From: a virus
Taxonomy: Duplodnaviria; Caudoviricetes
IMG/VR virus record: IMGVR_UViG_3300046171_000007
Span: 1-53,508 of that record
Strand: one strand, 5' to 3'
Length of the DNA stretch: 53,508 bases
The notes below the pieces were generated by a model. It made no database searches. It had not been told where the DNA came from and was given only the letters and a program-made list of their open reading frames with translations. Position 1 is the first letter of the stretch, and every line of letters begins with the position of its first letter. The position numbers and the translations under genes were made by a program. Below are positions 27,869 through 38,687 of this stretch, piece by piece.

Positions 27869-30800
27869 TGGCAATGTTCAAAGCATTTAAGCCTAGCGGC
27901 ATGGAAAAGATTGCTCGTGCTATGGGCTATCAGGGCAATATGCAGGGCTTTCAGAACTACCTTGCTCAAGACCCCATGCGTCAACAGCAGATGCAGACAT
28001 ACCAAAACAAGGCCATGCAAATGGCAAAGGGTGGTGTCGTGAAGATGCGTGAGGGTGGTATGCTTAAACCCGGTGTAACACCTGAAATGGTTGCTTCATT
28101 TCCGCAGATGGGTCAAGTCATGGGGCCAGCGCAAAATGCTGCTGGTGGTTATAATCCACAGACAGGACAGTTTACACCATTGAATCAACTGCCACAAGGT
28201 CCAGCCGGACAATTTGCACCCGGAACACTTGCACAAGCACAGAACCAGATGCAGATGTCTGGCAATATAACAGGCAATCTAGAAGATGCGTATGACCCGC
28301 GTGGACCCATCACTGATGGTAGACCTAGTTTTGGTGGACGATTGCCCGGATTAGGTGGACCAGCAGATAAAGTTGTTGCCGCACCTATCATGAGAGATTT
28401 GAGCAAGATGTTTGATACATCTATTATTGACCCCCGCACTGGATTTGCTCAAAGACTTAAATCTGATGGGACAATAGACGAAGGCCATTTTGGCGATTAT
28501 CAATTTTATGCTGATAAGGCTAAAAAGGATTACGAAACTAAACTTGCAGAGTTTCAGCGACGGCAAGCAGCACTAGGTCAAAACTTTACGTATGGTCAAC
28601 TGCAAGAGTTTCAACGAAAAGAAGGCATTCAAAATCTAAAGAATAAGCATCAAAACGTAGATACAGGTTTCTTTGACTCACCTGAATTTAAAAATATGAG
28701 AGGTGGTCCAGCAGGACAGGCTTTTACATATTCTCCTTACTTTGGTATGCACGGAGATACTTCTATTGGGACACAGGACCAAGCCTATGAGGCATACCTT
28801 CGTAGAACAGGGCAAACAAACAAACTTCGTGGCGGTTCTGAATTTGTTCAAGCGCCGGGGCAACTACCGCGCTTAGAGAAAGCGCTGCCAGTTATGCCTA
28901 CCACAACGGAGGCACCTTCACCTGACGGATTAAATCCAAGCATAACTATGGACACTAATTATGGTCAGCCCCTAATGTCCGCAGATGGCACTATGGACAT
29001 GGGTACAATGAATACTCAACAACCTGACTACAGTGGCATGACATATGAACAAGCAGTAGCAAGACAATCACAACGTGATGTGAAATCACCAGCAGAGGCT
29101 GCAGCTATTCAGGCAGCAATTGCACGTGGTCCTGTTGCACAAACCCCACAAACACAACTGCCACAACAGGCTGTACCTACCTTTACAATGCCTGAACCAA
29201 CTACCACTACTGTAACACAGTATCAGGATGCTGACGGTAATGTATACGCAAGTGAGGCAGATGTTCCAGATGGTGTCACAACAACTCCCATAGAAGTTAC
29301 ACAAACAAAACAGCCAACTATTGGTGACATCATGGCACAACAGGCATTTTCGCCAGGTCTGCCAACTGGTGGAGCAGTTGCGCCTGTTGGTATGCAAGCA
29401 ACTGCTGACCAGCTTATTGATCCAACAACTGGCCAAGTCAGTGGTGCAATGGCTGTACCAACCGCTATGGCAACGACTGCTATGGCTGTGCCGTCACAAG
29501 AGGCAGATGCCGCACAGGTGCAAGCAGCTACTGCCGCCCCTGCCGTTGCTTCTGCGCTGGATGCAACAACGGCTGCGACAGGTGCTGTATCACCGAATGC
29601 CAACATTGTAGCTGCACAACAGACTGCTTCATCTGTTGGTAGTCTTGATGCGGCACAGGGTAATGCAACACTTATTGACAATCCTGTACAGCGTGAATTG
29701 CAACAGGGTGAACTTATCTCTGGTGCAGCTGATGCCGAAAAGGCTGCAAAGTTTACTGAGCAGATCGAAGCGGCACAGGCCACACCATCCCAGCAAGCTA
29801 CTGTACAAGGTCAGCTTGCACAGCTTACTGCAAACTTTGACGCAAAGAACCCACCTGCTTGGGCTGCGGGTGCCATGCGTAATGCTACAGCACAGATGGC
29901 CGCACGTGGGCTTGGTTCGTCCAGCCTTGCAGGTCAGGCTTTGGTACAGGCTAGCTATGGAAAGCGCACTGCCAATTGCACAAGCTGATGCTGCAACTAC
30001 TGCACAGTTTGAGGCACAGAACCTTTCCAATCGCCAGCAACGTGCCATGCTTGCTGCACAACAACGTGCAGATTTCATAGGTATGGAGTTCACACAGGAC
30101 TTCCAAGCACGTGTACAGAATGCGGCAAAGATTAGCGACATTGCTAACATGAACTTCACTGCTGAACAGCAGGTACAGCTTGAGAACAGTCGCCTGACTA
30201 ATACAATGAACCTGCAAAACCTGTCCAACTCACAGGCAATGGTTATGGCAGAGGCTGCTGCACTTGCCCAGCTTGACACAGCAAACCTGAACAATCGCCA
30301 ACAGGCTGCAGTACAGAATGCACAGGCATTCCTGCAGATGGATATGGCTAACCTGTCTAATCGTCAGCAGACCAGCATGTTCAAGGCACAACAGCGTATT
30401 CAAAGTCTGTTCACAGATCAGGCAGCAGAGAATGCAGCCCGTCAGTTCAATGCAACATCTGAGAATCAGGTGAACCAGTTCTTTGCAAATCTTAACTCAC
30501 AGGTTGCACAGTTTAATGCGGCACAGTCTAACGCACAGGCGCAGTTCAATGCTGGTCAGCGTAACACTGTAGAACGCTTTAACGCTGAACTGAATAACCA
30601 GCGTGACCAGTTTAATGCCACCAACCAGCTTGCCATTGCTCAGAACAATGCAGTATGGCGTAGAGAGATTGCTACGGCAAATACTGCCGCCATCAACCGT
30701 GCTAACGAGTTGAACGCTACTGCCGCACTAAACATTTCTAAACAAGCCTATGACAATCTTTGGACATATTATTCTGATACAATGGAATTTGCTTGGAAAA

Positions 30801-30976
30801 GTGCAGAGAATGAACTTGACCGTCTTAACAGTATGTCTATTGCGCAATTGAGTGCAGATGCTACAACCCGTGCGCAACAGCTGGCAAGTAGTTCCGCAGC
30901 AGGTACTGCTATCGGCGGTCTGATTGGTACACTTGGTAGTGCGGCTATTGAATACGGTCTTGGAAATTTATTCTAG
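27868..30976 (+). CDS. Internal virion (ejection) protein, Q/N/A-rich helical (apparent insertion at about 29952)
   Basis: Joins 27868..29988 and 29636..30976; QFNA repeats resembling DNA-pilot tube proteins. Confidence 0.75.
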
Positions 30977-30992
30977 GTTGAGGTAAGGTAAC

Positions 30993-31214
30993 ATGGCATA
31001 CACAAATCCTAGTAAGGGTGTATATCTAAATATGCAACGCATGAGGGCTATGGAAAAGGCGAAGGAAAAACCTGCACCAAAGCGTGGTGGTCTTCTTAGT
31101 TCGCCAATGAAACGTATCAAGCGTGAAGAAGAGACAGACTTTTCCATGAAACGTGTTGCACATTACATGGACATCCTTCAACAGAAACGACAGGAACTAA
31201 AAGATGGCAGTTGA
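30993..31214 (+). CDS. Small basic virion-module protein
   Basis: RBS present; KRGGLLS. Confidence 0.7.
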   Translation: MAYTNPSKGVYLNMQRMRAMEKAKEKPAPKRGGLLSSPMKRIKREEETDFSMKRVAHYMDILQQKRQELKDGS

Positions 31215-31728
31215 AAATCCAGTATTTAATGCGCCTATTCCTGGCGAATCTTTGACACACGAATTGGGTGCCAGACCTTGGCAACAGCCAGCACAGTTTA
31301 CTACTGTCGAGGAAGCACTTGACTATTACATTCCACGTTTTGCAAACGAGGACGTAATTGCTCAAACAGCTGATGTTCTCAAGATGGGCGTCCCTGTTAC
31401 AACTCTTGCCAACACAATTCAGCTTGCCAGTGTCATGGAAGGCAAGCACAGTATTGATGTTGGTATGCTTGTGCTTCCTGTTATCATGGAAATGCTTATG
31501 TATATTGCAGAAGCAGAAGGTATTGACTATGTTAGTGGCTTGGAAAAAGATAAGAAACTTCGTAGTACACTAATTCAGTCTGCCCTGATCCGTCTTGAAG
31601 AAGAGACTGAGCAGAAGGAAGAGCAAGATACAGAAACAGAAGTTGTAGAAGAGTTGCAGGATACTGTTGAAGTCGAAGAGACAGAAGATACTCAAGACAT
31701 GAGAAAAGGTTTGATGGGGCGTAGCTAA
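31204..31728 (+). CDS. Virion-module protein
   Basis: APIPGESLT..LG..PWQQP; ends KGLMGRS. Confidence 0.75.
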   Translation: MAVENPVFNAPIPGESLTHELGARPWQQPAQFTTVEEALDYYIPRFANEDVIAQTADVLKMGVPVTTLANTIQLASVMEGKHSIDVGMLVLPVIMEMLMYIAEAEGIDYVSGLEKDKKLRSTLIQSALIRLEEETEQKEEQDTETEVVEELQDTVEVEETEDTQDMRKGLMGRS

Positions 31729-34232
31729 TGGCACTGTTTGGTTTAGGAGCATTTGGTCAAGGTCTTGTTACTGGTCTGGCAACGAGTACGGACAAGGCCA
31801 TTCAGGGTGGCTTGGAACGTGTGCGTGAAAACATTGATGAGTTTTCTAGTGCTACATTGAAGCGCGAACAAAAAGCTATTGAAAAAACAGAAAAAGAAGC
31901 AGAGGAAGTTATTGAAGAACTTCGTTCTGCACAAGCTGTTCTTGGTGGTGTAAATGATCCACAGTCTGCAGGTCGCGCTGCGGCGTTGCTTGAGAACATT
32001 GGTGATCTTGATGAATTTAAATCTGTCGTAAGTCAAATAAAAGAACATAGTTTTCAAGACAATATAAGTGAAAATTATGACTTTACAAAATACTTTGACA
32101 CCCAAGTAGATGCTAGCGAAGTAAACCTTGGAGATGCTGCTGTAAATTATGTTATGCGCAGACAACTTCCTACTCGTGCTACACCTATGCCTGAGATGAA
32201 GGGTGGCGGTATTGCGCGTCTCTTTGGGGTTGATGTTGCTGAACGTGCAAGGGCCAAGACTGATGCACAACTTGCAGCACTTGGTCTAGTCCAGCCACAA
32301 GAAAAAGATATTGCACTGCCTAGCATTACATTCAAGTCAGAAGCATTCAAGCTGGATCGTATGGGACCAGAGCAGGAACGCACGTATCTTAGAGATAAGA
32401 TGCTTGACCCTGACACACCACAGGATAAGATTGAGTTCTATCGCACTCGTTATTCTGACTTGTCAAATCGTATGGGACTTGACACACAGATTGAGTCGGC
32501 TACGTTCCAGCTTAATCTTGAGCAAGACCCAGCTAAAAAGAAAAACCTCCTGTTGAATCTTCAAAATCTTAATAGAGAAAAGAAAGAGTTTGATGTTTTG
32601 GCGACGGGCAATAAAATTGATATCCTTAAATTTCAATTGGAAGATGCGATGTCTAAGGGTCAAACAGGTCGTGCTAGACAAATTACGGAAGAATTGTTCC
32701 AAAGCGGTGCTATAAAGGTTACCGACTTTATTGCTGTGCAAGAGGAGAGGCTGCTTGCTGATCTTGCTCAAGGTAAGGATGTTCAGGAAGATATTGACAG
32801 CTTAAAAAATCTAAAGGAAATAGTTAAAACTACTAAGGAAAACATTGAAGGTCTTCCTGATCCTACACCTGCTGGTATAGCAGCTTCATTTAGTAGCGTT
32901 GATAGGATAGTAAATCGTGACCTTGCAAGTGATCCAAAATTTGCAAAAGCTGGTGTTACTATTGACGCTAACAGCCAGTTAGTTATCCCAGACGATATTA
33001 GTACAAACCTCAAGATTGAACTTTCTAAAGCGCGCATAGATAGGTTTAAAAAGGTTGCAGGATTTATGGAAAATTCCATGCCTAATAATCCTGATGTTAA
33101 ACTTGTCACTAACATGGTAAACGGGGGTTATTCTTTAGAAGACGTTAAGGCACTTGGCGAAGCAGAAGCTGTAGTTTCTCCGCCACCATCTGATACACTT
33201 GGCCCTGAATATGACGATACCGCTGTAACTAAGCAAGTTATGGGCGTGTCTATACCCGAAAATGTTGCACGTCGTACAGACTTGACTGATGATGATAAAG
33301 TCGTTGTGGCAAGTACGCAATCTGAGTATGGTGTAGTTCCTTCTGAAGAAGTTCTAATGAACCTCATGTCGGATATACATGATGCCAACGCTAATGTTCT
33401 TGGTAAATCTGGTATTCAAACTTTGATGACAGATTCAATTAAAACAATTTATGGACCAAAAGTTGCAGAACAATACGCAGCACAAATTGATTCGTATATA
33501 AACTCTTACTCTGGATTTGATGATGCTGCATTAAATGAATATTCTGCTGACTCACTTGAAGGACAAATCGTGTCGGTGATGCGTGATTTAGAAAAGGCCG
33601 ATCCTAATTTTGCGGTAGAACAAGTCGCACCTATTGTCAAAAGACAATACTATGAAGGCGACAGAAGTGTTGACATTCCTGGTATTATGAGTACGGTCAC
33701 AAAACTTGTGACGCGCCACAGGAATAAGCGTCCTACTGAAACAGGATTTATTTCTCCAAAACGTAGAGCAGAGATTGAAAATGTTCGTGAAGCATCAGGT
33801 CAGCCACCTATGGAAGAAACAGGAACCGATAGCCTTTTGTTTGACAGAGATCAAATGAAACGCGGACTTATGTATCCTCTCGAAATGTTTGGTATGCCTG
33901 CTCCAGATGATGCACCGGGTAAACCCGTAAGTCTTTTTGGGGATTCAGCACCTGACGAGGATGCAGGTATTGCGCCAGAAGATGGTGGTACTGCAACGGC
34001 ACGAGGCAGAACAGGTTTAATGGCTAGGGATACAGATACGCAACCTCTGTCGCCACCTACTAGTCCAAAAGCTATGAGCATTATTTCGTTGACAACAAAG
34101 TACGCAGATGGTACTATAAGCAGTGAAGAAGCTAGTGAACTAAGGCGACGTATTGAAATGGACGAATCTGGAAAAATCGCGGAACAAGTTCAAGGAATAA
34201 TGACTGCGATAGCAAAAGGAAAGCAAGATTAA
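31728..34232 (+). CDS. Internal virion protein
   Basis: 834 aa; Gly-rich amphipathic N-terminus; position. Confidence 0.7.
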   Translation: MALFGLGAFGQGLVTGLATSTDKAIQGGLERVRENIDEFSSATLKREQKAIEKTEKEAEEVIEELRSAQAVLGGVNDPQSAGRAAALLENIGDLDEFKSVVSQIKEHSFQDNISENYDFTKYFDTQVDASEVNLGDAAVNYVMRRQLPTRATPMPEMKGGGIARLFGVDVAERARAKTDAQLAALGLVQPQEKDIALPSITFKSEAFKLDRMGPEQERTYLRDKMLDPDTPQDKIEFYRTRYSDLSNRMGLDTQIESATFQLNLEQDPAKKKNLLLNLQNLNREKKEFDVLATGNKIDILKFQLEDAMSKGQTGRARQITEELFQSGAIKVTDFIAVQEERLLADLAQGKDVQEDIDSLKNLKEIVKTTKENIEGLPDPTPAGIAASFSSVDRIVNRDLASDPKFAKAGVTIDANSQLVIPDDISTNLKIELSKARIDRFKKVAGFMENSMPNNPDVKLVTNMVNGGYSLEDVKALGEAEAVVSPPPSDTLGPEYDDTAVTKQVMGVSIPENVARRTDLTDDDKVVVASTQSEYGVVPSEEVLMNLMSDIHDANANVLGKSGIQTLMTDSIKTIYGPKVAEQYAAQIDSYINSYSGFDDAALNEYSADSLEGQIVSVMRDLEKADPNFAVEQVAPIVKRQYYEGDRSVDIPGIMSTVTKLVTRHRNKRPTETGFISPKRRAEIENVREASGQPPMEETGTDSLLFDRDQMKRGLMYPLEMFGMPAPDDAPGKPVSLFGDSAPDEDAGIAPEDGGTATARGRTGLMARDTDTQPLSPPTSPKAMSIISLTTKYADGTISSEEASELRRRIEMDESGKIAEQVQGIMTAIAKGKQD

Positions 34233-34235
34233 GTT

Positions 34236-37200
34236 ATGGCTGGGATTTTAGATAATTCTTTCTTTGCCCAGTATCGAACTGAAAAAGAAGAAGAAACTAC
34301 TTCTGATATTACTATTTCTAAACCTCAGAAATCTTCAGTTTTAGATAATTCTTTTTTCAAACGTTACGGTGGCGTATCAGAGCAAATCAAAGTAGAGTCT
34401 GATATTGCTAACGAAGAAGTTGCATCCACGAAAAGCTATCAATCTGTAAAGAACGATCCGACAATCCGTGAGACAGCTGTGCGGTTTGCTAAAGATCATC
34501 TGGGGTACGATGACATCTCAGAAGATGACGCAATCAGTGAGTTCATTGAACACTTCCGTTCCTTCAATGTCAACGAATTGACATCAGGTATGGATTTCAA
34601 TGTTGTATCCGGCTTGGCAACAGATGCAGACGGACAGACAGACAATGCTCGTAAGGCAAGACAACGCCTTGACGACTACACTAAACTCTATCAAACGTAT
34701 CAGTCCCTGCCCGGTGCCTTTGACGCTGGCGGTGCGCCTGGTGCGTTTTTAGATTATTTGGAGGGTATTGCAAAAGCCCCGTCAACTTATATCGGTATTG
34801 TTCCGGGCTTGTTTACATTTGGTGCAGGTACAGCCGCTACAAAGGCTGGGGCAACTGCTGCGACACAGGTTGCTAAAGAGGGTGTCAAGCAGGTAATTAA
34901 GCGCAAGCTGACATCTCCTGTATCAGAACTTGCCAAGGCTGCTGCTGCAAATCCTGTTAAGACAACCGTGCTTACAGAAGCTGCGGCAGGTGCCTTACAG
35001 AATACGGCACAACAAAAGACTGAGATGGAGATTGGCGAGAGGCAGGAGTTCAATAAACAAGAACTTGCCCTGATGACTGCCATCAGTGGCGCACCTGCTG
35101 CCCTAATCCCCGGACTCTTGAAAAGTGTATCCAGTAAAACTATCAACAAGAGTGCTGAAAGCATTTTGACGGATGCTGAAAAAGCTATTGCCAAGAAGAA
35201 TGAAGAGGCAATTGAGGCAGCTGAAAAAACATTCTCTGCTGACATTGAACTGGCACGGGATATTGACCTGTCGTTCCGTCTTCCAGCAGAACAAGGCACT
35301 GAACGAGTATCCTCTAAAATAAAACTTGATCCAGAGGGTGTAGCACGTGGTAACTTAAGTGCCAAAGAGATTGGTGAAAACCTTGGCATTGCCGACGAGT
35401 TTATGATTACCATTGACCCAAGCCGTGACAAGCGTCTTATAGCTGCTGGTATGGAAGTAATCAAGGCTGGTAAAGTAAAGTATGATCCGACCACTGAACG
35501 ATTTAGTGATGCACTTGGCAGGGCTTTGACAGAGGTAGACTTTGAAGAAGAGGGGCTGAAGTCGTTCAAAGACACACTGAAGAAGTATAATCTGTCATCT
35601 GATGACATGGTGAATGTTTTGGTAGGTGACTTGCAAAAGGCTGCAGCTAGTGAGGCTGGCGCACTTCTTGGACGTAGGAGTGCAGCAAAGAGACTGCTTC
35701 GTCGTATCACTGATGTAGGTTCTACAGAAATCTTTGGTTTGACTGAAGAAACTACAGCGTCCCTGAAGAAGCTGGACGATGCGCTGTCTAGCGGTGATGC
35801 ACGTAAAGTTCTACAGGCAACTGGCGAAGTCAAAGAAGGTATTACTATTCGTGGTATTGACCAGCTTCGTCTGTCGATGATGACTTCTCAGACGGCTACA
35901 ACTTTCCGTAACTTGATATCGGGCTACACACGTGTCGGCTTTGATACAGTAACTAAAGTATTTGACCGTTCTATTGCTAGTGGCCTTGGTGTTGTGGGTA
36001 AAGGCAAGGGCAAGGTGAAGCTATTTGAAGCAACGCCTAACGCAGACCTTGCAGCAGTTCTTGTCGGCATGACTAATCACACACGTTCTCGTGCCTTGCG
36101 TGAACTGTTGGCACAGGCATATCCACGTAGATACCAGCAGATGTTCCGTCAGTTGACAGACATTGCTGACGCATCGGGTGAACTCAAGGGTGCAAAGACA
36201 TCAAAGATGCAGCACATGGCACGGGAGTTGAATGCACTCAATACCTTGCAAGACAACATGTTCAAGCAAGCGTCCTTTTATGGCGAACTTGCCCGTGAAC
36301 TAAACGAAGCTGCTGCACGTGTGAAGGCAATCAACCCAGCACAGGATGTATCACAGTTTAATCTGGAACGTATCATGCGTTCTGGCAACTTTGCTGAACT
36401 GGTTGAGCAGCAGATCAAAGTCGGTGATACTGTAGTATTTGACGGCAAGGAAGCTGTAGACAGGGCTATTGACAAGTCTCTGTATTTCACGTTCCAGAGA
36501 AGCCCAAGCAATGCTACGGCAAAGGCTATGGTAAATGCTGCACACTCTCTTCCGTTTATTACGACATCCTTTGTACCGTTCCCTCGCTTTGTTGCAAATG
36601 CTCTGCGCTTTACCTATGAATACTCACCAGCTTATCTGGCATCTGGTATCAAGCAAGCACTCGCCAAGGATACTAATAACTACGAAGAACTGGCAAAGGG
36701 TCTGACAGGTAGTGCATTTCTTGCAGGGGCTATGGCATTTCGTAACAGTGAGTATGCTGGCGAAAGCTGGTACGAAGGTAAGACAATGGATGGCAAGACG
36801 TATGATCTTCGTCCATTCTTTCCTGCTGCACCATACCTATTCTTTGCTGACTTGATTACTCGTGGCCTCAAGGGTGAACCGCTGACTGGTGACAGGAGTA
36901 TCACTACTGAGGCAATTCAGGCACTATCTGGTACACAATTCCGTGCTGGCTTTGGTGTGTATGCACTTGACCAAGCATTCAAAGACATCACAGAAGCACA
37001 AGATATGGAAAAGGCTGCAGAGATTGCGGCTAACTTTACCGGCAATATCATCAACACATTCACTATTCCGTTTACATCTTTCCAAGATACGTACAACACC
37101 TTTATCGCAGAGGATGAGGCACGTATTGTGCGCGATGTGGACATGCAGATTAAGGATACTAAGGACTTCCTTACACTGATTGCACGTCGTTCTCTTGCAC

Positions 37201-37832
37201 GTATTCCACAGAACTATAAGATTGAAGAGTATTTGTCTGAACAGCTAGGTATTAAGCAAGCTGAATACTACGAGTCTGGAACTCGTGCAGAAAAGTTGCG
37301 CAGGATTGCCCCTATCAGCCGACAAACTATGGGTATCTTACTCCAAGAACGTAAGAACTTTTTTGAAGAAGAGATTGCTCGACTCAAGATTCCTCGCAGT
37401 GTAATCAATGCGCGTACTGGTGTGCCAGAAGCTGACATGATGCTTGACGCATCCTATGGTGAATACATTACCAACTACGTTGTGCCTCGTATGCAAACAG
37501 ACGTTTACAAAAATCTTGATAATGGTAAACAAGAAATCTTTATTCGTGAATTGATATCAAATTACAAAACGGATATCAAAGAAGCAGTAGAAGAGAATGC
37601 TAAAGAAACAGCACACGCACGATTTGGATTCAATCCCTTTGAGTTGGTTGAGTTTAACAAGTTTAGACCTAGCGAATACACAGAGATGGCAATCCAGCTG
37701 TATGAAGAACGCTTTGGAACTGAAGCACCAAAAGATTATGACTTGCTTCTAAAGATTGCAAAGAAACTAAAAGCACGAAGAAAGTATTCTAGATTCATAG
37801 GGTCAGAAGACTTCTTCGCAACTGACCAATAA
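34236..37832 (+). CDS. Large internal virion protein
   Basis: 1198 aa, last gene of the arm; VPFPRF motif. Confidence 0.75.
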   Translation: MAGILDNSFFAQYRTEKEEETTSDITISKPQKSSVLDNSFFKRYGGVSEQIKVESDIANEEVASTKSYQSVKNDPTIRETAVRFAKDHLGYDDISEDDAISEFIEHFRSFNVNELTSGMDFNVVSGLATDADGQTDNARKARQRLDDYTKLYQTYQSLPGAFDAGGAPGAFLDYLEGIAKAPSTYIGIVPGLFTFGAGTAATKAGATAATQVAKEGVKQVIKRKLTSPVSELAKAAAANPVKTTVLTEAAAGALQNTAQQKTEMEIGERQEFNKQELALMTAISGAPAALIPGLLKSVSSKTINKSAESILTDAEKAIAKKNEEAIEAAEKTFSADIELARDIDLSFRLPAEQGTERVSSKIKLDPEGVARGNLSAKEIGENLGIADEFMITIDPSRDKRLIAAGMEVIKAGKVKYDPTTERFSDALGRALTEVDFEEEGLKSFKDTLKKYNLSSDDMVNVLVGDLQKAAASEAGALLGRRSAAKRLLRRITDVGSTEIFGLTEETTASLKKLDDALSSGDARKVLQATGEVKEGITIRGIDQLRLSMMTSQTATTFRNLISGYTRVGFDTVTKVFDRSIASGLGVVGKGKGKVKLFEATPNADLAAVLVGMTNHTRSRALRELLAQAYPRRYQQMFRQLTDIADASGELKGAKTSKMQHMARELNALNTLQDNMFKQASFYGELARELNEAAARVKAINPAQDVSQFNLERIMRSGNFAELVEQQIKVGDTVVFDGKEAVDRAIDKSLYFTFQRSPSNATAKAMVNAAHSLPFITTSFVPFPRFVANALRFTYEYSPAYLASGIKQALAKDTNNYEELAKGLTGSAFLAGAMAFRNSEYAGESWYEGKTMDGKTYDLRPFFPAAPYLFFADLITRGLKGEPLTGDRSITTEAIQALSGTQFRAGFGVYALDQAFKDITEAQDMEKAAEIAANFTGNIINTFTIPFTSFQDTYNTFIAEDEARIVRDVDMQIKDTKDFLTLIARRSLARIPQNYKIEEYLSEQLGIKQAEYYESGTRAEKLRRIAPISRQTMGILLQERKNFFEEEIARLKIPRSVINARTGVPEADMMLDASYGEYITNYVVPRMQTDVYKNLDNGKQEIFIRELISNYKTDIKEAVEENAKETAHARFGFNPFELVEFNKFRPSEYTEMAIQLYEERFGTEAPKDYDLLLKIAKKLKARRKYSRFIGSEDFFATDQ

Positions 37833-37862
37833 AAAGGGGGCCGCAAAGCCCCCTCTCTTTTT
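37831..37862. terminator. Bidirectional terminator where the two arms converge
   Basis: AAAAA-GGGGGC-CGCAAA-GCCCCC-TCTCTTTTT. Confidence 0.85.
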
Positions 37863-37965
37863 ATCTAAGACAGTCGCATACTGTGTGTATCAATCCTGTT
37901 CCCATTATGTAAGTTATGTATGCAATTATTATACCCACGTATACTCGCATAATCCACTTAGACAT
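37861..37965 (-). CDS. Small membrane peptide (34 aa)
   Basis: GGAG RBS; MSKWIMRVYVGIIIAYITYIMGTGLIHTVCDCLR. Confidence 0.55.
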   Translation of the reverse strand: MSKWIMRVYVGIIIAYITYIMGTGLIHTVCDCLR

Positions 37966-38209
37966 ACTCCAAGATTCCCACCGCAAGGATGGCAGCGGAG
38001 ATAGCATTCAGCACGATGATTGACCTGTCGTGCCACATGAATCCTACCCATGCCCACAATCCCATTCCAATGACACCAAGCACCATGTCCATAAGATGTG
38101 AGTAGTCCGCTGCTCGTATCACGATTGCCGACAGGATGAAGAAGCTGGCAGTCCACTTGACGTACCACGTGACATCCTTATATGGCGTTACCTTATTGAC
38201 TGTCTTCAC
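37958..38209 (-). CDS. 3-TM membrane protein (DUF6552-like)
   Basis: Three hydrophobic helices; WHDRSIIVLN. Confidence 0.7.
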   Translation of the reverse strand: MKTVNKVTPYKDVTWYVKWTASFFILSAIVIRAADYSHLMDMVLGVIGMGLWAWVGFMWHDRSIIVLNAISAAILAVGILEYV

Positions 38210-38210
38210 G

Positions 38211-38687
38211 TCAGAACCTGCCTAGCCATCGTGCTATGTGCGATACAAACGGTAACAAAGTAGCTGCCATAAACAAGTTCACACCTGTGTGCGCCATTGC
38301 AATACGCAACGTATCTCCTTTAGGCATACCGTCTGACACAAACAAACCTGCCAGCCAGATTGTTCCTGTTGTGCCTATGTTTGCTCCTAACACTGCGGCA
38401 ATGGCTGCGGGTAAAGGCAAGGCACCAGAGGCAACCAGTGCAATGATGGCTGTAGTAGACAGGCTGGACGACTGCCACAGCAGTGTCATTATGATGCCAC
38501 CTGCAAACATATACAAGGGGTTGCCCAAGAACCATGAAAGATGTTCTATGTTGCCCATAGATTTCATGCCACCAGAGAATGTCTTTAAGCCTATGTAGAA
38601 TATAACTAAGCCTACTATGGCTGTTATCACAGGGTTTCCTAAGTCCATCTTACTGACTCTCTTCCATAGTTTCTTTCCCTCCATCAC
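38211..38687 (-). CDS. Na+/Pi cotransporter family protein, single repeat
   Basis: QSSS and GANIGTT signatures of the NaPi-II/NptA family. Confidence 0.85.
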   Translation of the reverse strand: MMEGKKLWKRVSKMDLGNPVITAIVGLVIFYIGLKTFSGGMKSMGNIEHLSWFLGNPLYMFAGGIIMTLLWQSSSLSTTAIIALVASGALPLPAAIAAVLGANIGTTGTIWLAGLFVSDGMPKGDTLRIAMAHTGVNLFMAATLLPFVSHIARWLGRF

